Source: Zancudomyces culisetae HAW-14-8 (Eukaryota; Fungi; Kickxellomycota). Taken from it: 64,000 nt of DNA. Shown in pieces: positions 1-12,077 of this stretch. Position 1 is the stretch's first letter. The number at the start of each line of letters is the position of its first letter. Position numbers and translations under genes: made by a program. The notes beneath the pieces were generated by a model, which ran no database searches, was not told where the DNA came from, and was given only the letters and a program-made list of their open reading frames with translations. The stretch lies in assembly GCA_052426225.1 (NCBI GenBank), contig JBNJNM010000013.1:682001-746000 (forward strand). Direction: 5' to 3'.

Positions 1-2062
1 TTTTTTTTCTGCTAATTGGGATTTACCCTAATATTTTTATCAGCTATTCTATTTGCTGAAACTATCGGGGAATATTGCTGCACCTAAAAATGAACTAGTG
101 GATACTTGCTCTCTATTTGCCAACTACCCTATTTTTAATCTTTACTTTTCCCATTTATCAAGTAGTTTCTAAACTGCTCATAATTTCACATCAATATCTT
201 CACAGCCCGATAACAAAAATAGTATATAACAAACCCAAGTACCAAGAACACATTCTAAACTTCTCATGTTTATTAGAAGCTGGTCCTTGTACGTCTTGTG
301 GACCAAAGTTGTATTTTTTTTTGACTGAATTGACGTGATTGCAACTAAAAGCATGTACTTTCTCTTGCTATTTTTGTTTTTATTTATTTTTTGTAGCGTT
401 CATTCAGAATTTGCTATTAAAAAAGAAAACAAAAACAAAAACAAAAACAATAGTCCATAAAGCCCAGTTTAAGCATATCTTTGGTTGATTTACGCGCCTG
501 GTCGTTGAAAACACAGTTTTCTTCCGCCTTTAAATGATGCTATTGCTTACGTGGTGCATGTACCACTTACCATGTGATACACAGTGATGTCTGAAATCAA
601 CAAGTTCTTATTGTTTTTTTTTTAAACATATCAGCTTCCATTTACACTAAGCAGCTGGTCGCTCCTAGTCTATAAACAATCATCTCATACTCAAAGTATA
701 AAAACTCAAAACTAGAACAACTTTCCAAGCGCTATCAGTCGTCTACTTGCGCTATCCTCGTCTCAAACTGTTCCTCTACTCCGTTAATCAAATCGAATGG
801 TATGTCTTTGAAGACCAATAGATGCTTTTTTATATATACTGTAACAACCTTGTGCTTTATCACATATAATACTGCATAGCTCAAGCTCTCCTCTAAAGTA
901 TGCTGCTCCTCTAGCATCCTTTCTTATAATCATTGCCTTTGTGGACACCTATCACATATAAACATAGATTAAGCATCAAATAAGAGCTCACTCCACAAAA
1001 AAAGCAAAGAAATAAAAGTAAACAAAAACTAAACAAAAAAAGGGGAACATCAGAATAGCAGCGAAAAGGAATCAGGTAGCTAGCTACAATCATTTCTTAA
1101 TATCTCGACACATTCTCCCAATCGGTGTAGATTATCCCTCATTATTATTTTCAGCTTTCCTTCAACCCTGAAGGTACAGATACCCGCTCTTTGTGTTTTA
1201 CTCAGAGTACGTTTTAAACTGTAGAATATCAGAGGATATGTGGAAGAACGAACAATGGTGGTCGAGTTTTGCCACATGATTTCTTGACTTTGTATATAGC
1301 CTGGAGAAAATTTCTCGATATTGTGGCTTGCTTTTACTCAGAACTGCACTTTATTTTTTGGGTGCCATTTAGCCAATAAAATATCAGGATTTAGTGGTCT
1401 ATTCCAATCACACTTGTTTTACGCTCGATTTAATCCCGCTGTGTTTGCGTTCATTACCAACTATATGTCTGTTTCTATTTCTTTGCTTTGGGTGCATTCT
1501 AGAAAAAAAAAAACACTTCAACTAATTTTAGAGGATGGGAATGACCCATAATTATTTTTTTTTTGTTTGCTTGTTTTTCTAATTTCTTTCGTAGGCTATA
1601 ACTGTTTCAGGTATCCTTTTCACAAAATATTAAAAACGGAGCCAAATCAAGGGCCTCTCTGAACACTTGATGCTAATTTTGGTTTTCAAATCACTTGGTC
1701 TTATTTGATAAAAATTACATAAATCACTTTTTTTACTTTTGTTTTTTTTATGTGTACTCTTATAGCCTTTCCGATGTGTGATATTTGCATGGGCCCAAAC
1801 TTTTGTATATATTTTTTGGCATTTAAATCCCAACAAATTCGGAGCGTGGATATTCACATAAATATTTATCCAATTCCAAGCTCGAAATACACTTTTTTTT
1901 ATTTTTTAAACTACGAACACTAAAATACGCTTTTAAAGAGAAACATATTTCTTTGCTAGTTTTTTAGTCATCTATAGAATCTCGTAGTAAACGACAAGAT
2001 ACATACTAATAAAACTTTATACCAAAAATTACGATATTTCTCGTTAGTATCAACGCTTAAAA

Positions 2063-3623
2063 ATGGCTACGAAAGCTGAAAAAGTAACAAAACAGTTCGA
2101 AAAGGGCGTCGTAGATCGCGCAGGCTGTTATGGCAATTTGAATGAATTCGAGCGTAAAAAGTTGCAAGAGGTCTACGAATTGGTCTTCAAGCAACTTACC
2201 ACTGATATAGCAAAAGCCAAAAACGCTGCTGGCGGTGAGCTTGAGCCGGTAAAAATCGATGAGGATCAGGCCGCAGACAAGAAAAACGGCGAAAAGTATA
2301 AAGATACCGAGGTCATCCCTGGTTGCAAATACGGCCAAACAATCGAGGACAAAGTCGGAAAAAAGCTTATTCCAGTGGAATTTAAAACTACACTCAAGGA
2401 TTCCACAGTTGAATCGGTCCTATATGAATCTTTTAGAGAAGATATTGCTGATACATATGTTCTACGATTTCTCCGTGCTAGAAAATGGGATCCCCCAAAG
2501 GCACACGACATGTTTATGAATGCACTCAAGTTCAGACACATAGAAAATGTTGAAGAAATAATTTTCACTGGTGAATCTGCTCTTGATGCTGCGCTGCTTC
2601 ACAAAGGCACCATGTATTTGGAGGGTATGGACAAAATTACACAGAATATAATGTAAGTCAAAACATAAATTATCTCTTTTATTGCTACACAGCCGAACCC
2701 TAGCATCAATAACAACAAAACTTGAAACGTCATCGTGCTGTAACTACAAATATTTCTATAATAATAGCTGGTCTGAGCCTTGCAAGCATTTCCCAAAAGA
2801 TCAACCGTTTGCACAGCTTAAACGTTTTATCATTTGGTTTATGGAGACGGCACGTGTTAAATTAGATTTACCTAACGAAAAGGTGTGCTTAATTATCGAT
2901 CTTACAGATAACACAAATGCAAATATGGTAAGAATTGATCCAGATTTACTTATTATTTACCCTATTAACTAGGTGAAACTGAATATAAACTACTGGAACT
3001 GGTCTTTTTTATTCATTTTCTAACGCACTGTGTGTGCTCTTTTTTTTTATACTTTTTTATAGGATTGGAATTTCTTAAAGCTCACGCTAAAGTATCTAGA
3101 GGCGTATTATCCCGAGTCACTGGGGCTCTGCATAGCCTATAACGGATCATGGTGGGTTTCTGGTATCTACAGTATGGTCAAACCCCTGCTTGACCCAGTT
3201 GTTGCTGCAAAGATCCAATTTTGCAAATCAATCGATGAGGTTTCAAAGTATATAGATCTTGCGCATATCCCTTCATCAAAGGGAGGAAAGAGCAGCTTCA
3301 CCTTCAAATTTGTCCTTCCTACTCCCGAAGATCATGCTCACATGAGCGATGTGGAAGCAAAAGCCAAGGCAGCTGAAGAGAAGAGACAGGCTTATGAGGA
3401 GTTTAGAGATGCAACTATCAAATGGATAGAGGCTGGCAAAAAGCTAGAAAAATCCAAGGGCCCAGAGCTTGATGCTATTAAACGTGAATTAGAGGAGATA
3501 GAGAAGCACCGCCACGAGTGTCAAGTCAAGGCCAGGGAAGCTAGCAAAAAGCTGGATAGATTCACCAGGTCACCAGCACTTTACACCAGACTCGCAAACA
3601 ATAAAGCCTCTGCCAAACCTTGA
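2063..3623 (+). CDS. CRAL-TRIO (Sec14-like, Csr1/Sfh-type) lipid transfer protein, 3 exons (2063-2652, 2768-2927, 3063-3623)
   Basis: CRAL-TRIO_N motif D..VLRFLRARKWD..KA..M and core motifs IIDL, NMDW, YYPESLG and KPLLDPVVAAKIQF. GT-AG introns at 2653-2767 and 2928-3062 join the exons in frame. Confidence 0.9.
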
Positions 3624-4300
3624 ATTTTAAATACATGAAACACCCCTTTAGGCTTTTGACTAATTTGAGATTTTGTTGATTATTTATAGTTTATTATTTT
3701 GCTTATTAAAAATGGTTTAAATTACTGTGGAGTGAATATAAGTTTGACAGGCAGTTATGAGCCCCCCCTCACCTCCCTCTCCTCACGCGCATATATATGC
3801 ATCCATATACATAAAGCACGCGAAAACCAACATTGTTGGATTCCTCCAGGCGTTCCCTAAGACTGGTCTTCTTATGGAGAGAGTTGTAAAACACTGCTCA
3901 TGTCGTTCGTAACATAACCTGGAGTAAAAATACTCAACAGAGAGCCAAAAGCAACATTTGACAAGTAATTCAATAATGAGAGAAGAGGAGGGAGAGGGAG
4001 AGATTTGCTGTATACTAAAAATAGGCTTACACTCGCAAAAAAAAAACTTATTGTATGGAGGCGTTTTTGCTACCAACTTTGGTCTAGCAAGTAGAAACCC
4101 TCTTTCCCTATCAGTGTTCTTTTCTGAGGTTATCCTTTATTATAAATCAAAAACCTAAACAAAATGATGTAATGTAAACTTGTAGTGTCTAATGCCAGCA
4201 TGACTCAACCATTACCATTTACCCCATTGCGGTTATGAGGACATGTGGCAAATACCAAAAGTTATAAAAAAATATATAGAAGCTACGTTTTCACCAACGA

Positions 4301-6183
4301 TCACAATACAATTCTCAAGAGAGTCTTCACTACATACCATGCCACGACGATAGGTAGGGAAATTCTTAGGTACATAAGAGGATGAGGAAGCTCCATCTTG
4401 ACTATTCTCATGTTTTCACCTCCAATCTCACAGCTAGAGAAATCCTCTGTTCCATCATTGTGGCCTTCACCATAATCGTTACCAGCACGCAGACTATTCT
4501 CGAGATTTTGCATCATACGACCGACTACCTTATTTCTGAGATCTGCATCCTTTATTGCTGCCGGGAATACTCCGTTTTTATAATAGAACTCCATGAGCTC
4601 ATCCTTTTCGTACCAAACCTTGTAAATCCAATCGGTAAACGCGTTGATTTCTGTGGGAATTTCTGAAGTTTTGTATCTTCTGACGTGGATATGAACATAT
4701 CCAGGATTATTTCCATAAATGAGTTGATCAGATATCGGATGCTTAGCATAATGGTCGTCGCTTGGGCGCATTCCTTCGTATCCAAGGGTTAAATCGTATA
4801 GGTATTCTTTTTTGCTTCGCAATATGTTCACTGCGTGAAAGATTCCCGTTACGCGTGGTAGAAGGGTATATCTAGTCGGTTTCTAGTTGTCAATACATAC
4901 ATTTATATTATACTTTATCGTGGAAAATTTTTAAAGTCTCTCCAAGTATGGTTCATTTGACCACACAGGCAGAAAAAGACAATAGTAAAAATAAGTTATT
5001 TCTTACACATCCACTCTTTCTCGCAAAACTGTCGCTTTTTTCCTTGTTCTCTTTGCAAAATAGGTATCCCTCTGGATACATAACAAGCCATGATTCACGT
5101 ACATCCTCCTTCACCCTCGAAAGTTGATCTAAGTAGTTTGATCCATCCTTTTTCCAATCTCTTTCCATAAAAATGAACCCAAAGCTTTTCATGATCTATT
5201 AAATTAAAAAACCAATATTCGGTAAAGCAAAAGTATACAATATATATTTTTTAACTACCAATGCCTGATATATCAGAAGAGTTCTTACCCTATAAAACAG
5301 ATTAAGTTAGGGTTATTATCTTTTTAAACTAAGCGTATTTAATGCCAAAAATACGACCAAAACATGTATTGAATGTACAAATTTCAGTAAACTTACGCTC
5401 CAAGTAAAGGATAGCCTTTTGCTGCACTGAATAAAACCAATATTACATTTTTATCTCTGTCTGAAAAGTACAAAAGCGAACTATATTTGGATAAAATACT
5501 GTAAGAGTATTCCTTCATTGTTGCGTTAAATTAATGTGACCTAAGTCTCATTATCGCAGCAATGGTGTATAAGATGGAATTAAAAAATACATACCATAGA
5601 TACAAAAAGTCGAACCATCCCTATTTGATATATAAAGCAATTAATACTCGATCCACCCACATATATTGCACTTAGAAAGTACCAAGTGCTTCGTTTATGA
5701 CCCATAAAATGGTATCAGATGTCATAAACTCCATATATGTACTCATATCTTTTTCTCAGTTTATCAAGTGCTATACGCAAAACTTACTTGGTGGTTAGAG
5801 ATAATTATCCCCTCTTTTGGTAAATTGAATAATTTGAACCTCTTTGAAGGTGAAACTGTTAACTCGTTCTGTTCGAAAAAATCAACCGTACTTTCGTCAG
5901 TAGTTAACACCAGCTTTGTTGGAATAAACACATTTGCAGTACCCAATAACAGTAAAGAGCAGGTTCTTCTTAAGGAAGCCATTAAAGCTCCGAATAGCTT
6001 TGGGGATATATATTTGATAGGCATATATAGTACATCGGTCAAAAATGCAAATACAGTATGAAGCACAGTTAAAAATAATAGTTCGAAAATCCTGATAGGT
6101 AGATAAAGCGTACTAGTAGCCTTGTTGTTTGAGATAAGACTCTTTGGTGTTATTACTTTCTCGTCTGAAATTTCTTTTTCCAT
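4301..6183 (-). CDS. Lysophospholipid acyltransferase (PlsC/LPLAT family, CST26/LCLAT1-like), multi-exon
   Basis: The catalytic NHQGWFD (HX4D) motif is assembled across an intron with a small exon near 5595-5620. FGFIFMERDW, LVMYPEG, YDLTLGY and an Acyltransf_C-like region (VHIHVRRY...FTDWIYKVWYEKD) follow. Internal exon limits are not all resolved. Confidence 0.85.
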
Positions 6184-7240
6184 TTTTTTTTATATTCTAA
6201 CTTTCTAGTCTCCTTATTTTCTTGTACGATATCAAAAGAGTAATGGTATATGAAAAAAAAAGGTTGAAAGGACTCACTTTTGAGTCTTTTTGTATAGATA
6301 AATACAATTGGAAATATTACTAATTCTTCAGTTCACTGCTAATCAGCTTTTTTGGCTCGAATTATTTTTCGCTTTTCATTAAACTATGACAGGTAGACAT
6401 AACACCACTCTCACCATCATCCTCAACCTCGGAATTGCCTACAGTTGCGAATTATTAAAAAAAAAGGCGACAAACAAACTCTTATCCAATAATATACAAA
6501 TTACACCAAATAACATTGCTTCATTTGAATTATAAAAGCCAGCTGAGTAACTAATCTCAGTTAATTTTTCGCAAAATGGCACCCTTCGCAAATAGGCTCA
6601 GGGAAAAGGTAATAATGTACCACATGACAGGGAGGACTATGTGATAAGCGGATATTCTGACGCATACCAAAGCCATTTGTATATGCAACACCCTCTAGTG
6701 CATGCAATACACGTGAACTAAAAGGCATGATGTTTGTGGATCTGTTTTCTTTTATTTGCTGTTCAAAAATGGAAGGTAGCGCTATGTATGGAAATAAATG
6801 ATTCTTAATTATATTTAAAACTGAGGGAAAGTGACTTGACAATTGCAGCTAGCTGTATTCACTATCCTTCATTTGTAAAATAAAAAGTGATCAAGATGGG
6901 ATTATAATTTTTTTTTCATCGACTTGCTGTGTTTGCATAAAGGTGAAACTACTACACTCTCCTCATCGCTATGCTTTCCTCGATTTTATCGTATCAAAGT
7001 AAGCAAAGCACAGATATGGGTGGGAATTTTCAATGAGAAGCACACTGAGTGCTACCACAAAATGTTCTGGACTTAAAAGCTCTAAATTTTAATATGCTTT
7101 GTTGATATTTGGATTAATTATTTACAAGTTTTAAGGGTAATATGCAAAATTATGTCAGTTTTAAAAGTTGAAAAACAAAAAAAAAACTTAAAGTATGATT
7201 CAATGTAAAAACATGTATTTTTTAAGGCATATAGTTTATG

Positions 7241-8677
7241 TTAGAGTCTATCATAGATATTTTTAGCCCGGGTATACTTGTCCAACTTTAAACTACTCTC
7301 CAATAATTGTTCCTCACAAGCATTTCTAGCATTGGATATTTTATTTACATCAGATGAAGCACTTTGACTGCTGCCACTTCTGTGCTTGTGTACATCAATC
7401 CATTGCTCAGTCAACGTTTTAAACTCTTCACAGGTCTTGCGGTGGTTTTCAAGTGCAGTTTTTTTACCTTCTAAATCCTTCATCAGTTCATTTTCATTCA
7501 TTTTTGGCGGAATATAGTCATACTTGTAATCAATGGTGTTGTCCCTATTTGTTTTAATGTTACTACTGGTTATAAAGCCAGACAACTCAGCTCCGGTCTT
7601 GCAAAACTGGATCTTAGAGGCGACAACTGGGTCAATTAGTGGTTTGATCATCTTGAACAAACCAGAAAACCACCAGGGACTACCATATATTATAACCAGT
7701 GACAATTTCTCTGGATAATAAAGCTCCAAGTATTTCAGCAAGAGTCGCACTGCATTCCAGTCCATATTATCCATTGAAAATCCCGTTAAATCTACTATAA
7801 AACACAGCTTTTCGGAACCTCGTTGGAATTTTCTGGCCATTTCCATAAAATAAATCAAGAATTTTTTAAAGTTTGAGAAGGGCTGGTCGTTCTGAAAATG
7901 CTTCAATATCCTAGCGCATCTATTTTCATAATACAAAAATTAGCCTTATTCTCAGTGCGCGGACCAAAAAGTTTATCATAGTTCTAAACGTCTATTATAA
8001 AAATCAGAAATACAACTCTCTTTGATGCCTCGAGGCCAGTACAATAATGCCTATAAAGCGTTGAAAATGACTTACACTATCGGGCAGTTTAACTTATCTC
8101 TACCTTGGAAAAACACAAGTCCCTTGTGTAACATCGAGGCATCTATCTCAGACTCACCATAAAATATTATCCTTTCAATATTTTCACAATGGAAAAATTT
8201 TACAACATATAAAAGCATATCCGCCGCCTTCTCAGGATTCCATTTGCGTGCTCTCAGAAATCTCAGTACAAACGAGTCGGCTCTCTCTTCTCTTAGTGTT
8301 GCAAAAAATAAAGAACCAAGAGTAGTGTCCTTGACTACTGAAGAAAAATCTACAGGTACGATCTTCCCCGTTTGAGTCATTGTATTCTGGATTATCTCTC
8401 CATAGCGAAAAGAACCATATACCTTCCGAGGCTCGGTTGCTTTTCCCTGTGTTGTTTTGTCTTCGTCTATGACCTCAGTATCAGCTTTGCTGGTCATAAT
8501 TAGTTCACCCATCGTGTTTTTTACTTGGCATATATCTACATTAAACTGCTTAAATAGTATTTCGTATGTTTTTCGCAATTTTTTATTCTCGAACTCGGTT
8601 AGATTTCCATAACAGCCAGCCAGATCTAGCTTTCCGTTTTTGTACTGTTCAACTATTGAGGCTGGTACAGACGCCAT
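7241..8677 (-). CDS. Second CRAL-TRIO (Sec14-like) paralogue, 2 exons (~8677-8076, 7919-7241)
   Basis: AGCYGNL, FVLRFLRARKWN, IVDL, NMDW, YYPEKL and KPLIDPVVASKIQF motifs. Co-linear similarity to the gene at 2063-3623. Confidence 0.9.
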
Positions 8678-9558
8678 TTTTTTTTGCTTCTCACTTTATG
8701 TTTATGGATATGTGTCGGTATATACAGGGTATATTTGATAGATCGGATGTATAAACTATACATTTAAAAAGAGCAAGGGAAAAAATATTGGATAAGAAGG
8801 ATAGGACATTGAGGGATATCTCGTGCTTAAAGAAATAAAGATATTCCTAAAGCCAAGAAATTGAAACGGGTTGTAACTCCAGAAGAGGGAATACGAGTTT
8901 ATGTGTGTCCCTACTAGCTCAGGGGTGTGCTGGTGGTTAAGTATTTTCAATGCAAATGCAAAGCTGTGTGTCGAGATTTTAAATTTTATACCTTTTGGAT
9001 CGAATTGACTCAAACTGAACCACTAAAATTTGACAACCCCAGAGATTTTGTAGTAAAAAAAACAGATTGAGCAATCAGAGGTGCTAGAATCAAAGACATG
9101 ACAAATTGCTGGCAAATGGTGAAGCAACAAATCCCAATTTATTCGCCGCCCTTTGTTTCACTTTTTTTATGCAATGTATAGATATGTTGGTTTTTTTTTA
9201 GGTGAGCCCGTCGAGGTCATTTGAGAAAAAAAAAGAAAATAAACACACAAAAAACATAGTCCTGTGGTGGGAAAAGGCTAAGATTTCATTAAAAAAAGAT
9301 GTAAAGGGATAAAAAATTCTAGGAAAATAACCCCGTCATATGAGGAATGGAGTGATGATGGGGGGGAAAAATAGCTAAACACGTACACTTGAGACAGCTT
9401 GTTGGGTAAAGTAACACCAACACTGTACAAGGACATTTTCTGCATAACACAGTTGGTTGTATTATTACCCATGCTAGTTCGAATCATTCAACCCAAGGCA
9501 TAGGAATAAATACTATGTGGTGTATGTTCACAAAATAACACTAGTTTGCATTGAAGAA

Positions 9559-11319
9559 TTAGCAGCGAAAATGCGACTGATAGATAGGGTTCTGTGTTTC
9601 GATTTTATATCGGTATTTAAGATTCTCAAGATAGTTGACAAGCGATGGAGGTAGCTCATCAATGGTTTGGAAGTTTGTGGTTGAGTCTGGAGGAACCTGG
9701 ATGCCTACGAGAACCTTTGCAAAATCGTGACCATAATTCCTGTAATGGAAAAGCGAGATATTCCAATTAAGCCTCATTCCCGAAAGGAATCTATACAGGG
9801 CACCTGGTCGTTCAGGAAAAGTGAAACTAATAAGATGTTCGTGAGAAACCTCCGATCGCCCACCAATCATGTAGCGCGCATGGTCTTTAGCAAATTCATT
9901 ATCACTGATATCCATAGGCTGGAACCCCTCATTTTTCATTTCCTGTAATAGTTTAGGAAGTTCTGCAGTTCTATCTTGGAGATTAAATGCCATGAAGATT
10001 CTACCAATTTTGGGATCGGAGTAGCGGTATGAAAATTCCGTTACATTACGGGGATGGATGATTTGATATAGTCGGTAAAAGCTTCCAGGGAGTTCAGGGA
10101 CCATAACTGATAACATTGCTTCAGATCCTTCACCCACTTCGGCTCGCTCAGCAACAAATCGTAGCCTGTTAAAATTAATATTGGCACCGCTTGCAACAGA
10201 AATCAGCGTTTTGTTCTTGAGATCATTCATTTGCGCGTATTTTTTCATTCCAGCAACCCCAAGTGCACCTGCAGGCTCTAGGACAGATCTAGTATCGTCA
10301 AACACGTCCTTAATAGCCGAACAGATCTCATCATTGGTTACGAGAACAATCTCGTCTACATATTCTGAAGCTACCCGGTAGGTTTCTGCTCCAACTTGGC
10401 GCACGGCAGCTCCCTCGGCAAACAAACCGACCTCACCAATCAACTTGTTGTAGCCGCTTTCCAATGCTTGGTGCATTGCATCCGAATCGATTGCCTCAAC
10501 TCCAATGACTTTTATATGTGGGCAAATACGCTTGATATATGCTGCAATACCAGCAATCAGCCCTCCACCCCCGACTGCTGCAAAAATCGCATATATTTCT
10601 TGTGGTTTTGCTTGCCTTAGTATCTCCACACCAATTGTGCCTTGGCCGGCAATCACGTATGGGTCGTCAAATGGGTGAATGTTTACATATCCCTTTTCTT
10701 TTGCAAGTCTTTCGCATTCCATTTTTGCTGAATCGAAATCTTCTCCGTGCAGAACTACTGTACCTCCCATCCGCTGTACGTTTTTCCATTTGATTTCTGG
10801 TGTGCTAACAGGCATTACAATGGTGGCTTTTATTCCTAGTGATTGTGCTGCCATTGCTATATGTTTCAATAAAGTACAAATTTTAGTTCAATACCATATG
10901 CTATTATGAGGGAGGGATATGAAAGAAGAAGGAACAGGATTATTTGTATAAATGAAAGAAAAAAACCATAAGTGGATATTACCAACACCCTGAGCGTGAT
11001 TACCCGCCGAGCAGGCTATGACCCCCCTGCTTTTCTCCTCCTCGGTTAGATTGGAGAGTTTGTTATAGGCACCACGAATCTTAAAGGAGAATATCGGCTG
11101 TAAATCCTCTCTCTTAAGCAAAATATTGTTATTCAGCTTGCTAGACAGATTTACTGCTGGTGTTAGTGGTGTTTCAACGGCGGCATCATAAACGTTGGCT
11201 GTTAGAATCATACTTAGGTAGTCGTTTCCGGTTTTTAGTACATTGAGACTTTCCTCGACCTTATCCAGTAATTGAGCTTTCAATTCTGCATTTTTTCCGT
11301 TTGTTTTACTTGTATCCAT
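9559..11319 (-). CDS. ILV1: Threonine dehydratase (biosynthetic threonine deaminase), 2 exons
   Basis: [16 protein letters not shown] (PLP lysine), [28 protein letters not shown] and C-terminal ACT-like regulatory repeats (PERPGAL, LFHYRN). One intron at ~10858-10982. Confidence 0.96.
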
Positions 11320-12077
11320 TTTGCCGACTTGATTTTTGTTTATGTTTATCTTTACTGTTATTTTTTTTGTTACTATTTTTATCTTGTTTTTCTCGCCTTG
11401 GACTTCTTTGTGCGAAGTCTATAAAGCTTTATATAGGAAAGGATACGGTTTTGGATTAAAGCAGCGGAATAAATAAGGATATCAAGAACCAAAAAAAAAA
11501 AAAAGACTTTGAAACAAAGTTTTGCGGGATAGCATAAATCTGGAATAAAGCGTTTTGACACATAGCTGTACTTTGACTTTTCCTACTTTGTTCAATTAGA
11601 ACAGATCAATGTGAATCAATTACCCAATAGTTATAGGGTTAAGAAAAAAATTTTCTCCAGTGTTATTTGCTATCACCATCGCAGGTCCAATTTGTTTTGT
11701 TTTTTCCGTCTTTTCAAGCTTGGACTATTATCAAAAAAAAAATGTAACTTTTTGTCACAATATGTTCAAATTAGCAGTTACATGATAATTTGTATTTCGA
11801 GTACACGAACATTGATGTTAATGAGCAATTAAATGTGATTAATTTGAAAAAATAGTTCAAAAAGAATGGAGGTGCATTTAATCTAACAAATGATACCAAA
11901 ATAAAAAACAACACCAACTAATAAGTACACGAGCATTTGTTCAATTGCCAGCTATACGCCAAAAGATAAATGAACTGGTATGACATGTTTTTTATATTTT
12001 ACTAACATAAAGGCAACAAAATACCAACAAAGTATTTGGATGGGAGAGCCACGCAAGTGAATGGAATATACCAAAGC

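Noticed and set aside
1235-1290. Minus-strand peptide AKLDHHCSFF resembling a DHHC palmitoyltransferase motif
   Set aside because: No surrounding Cys-rich domain (HC..C..C, NC.G..N) and no TM segments. The frame closes soon afterwards.
1608-1620. CAG|GTATCCTTT, matching a U12-type 5' splice site
   Set aside because: No U12 branch point (TCCTTAAC) downstream and no flanking coding exon. Likely chance.
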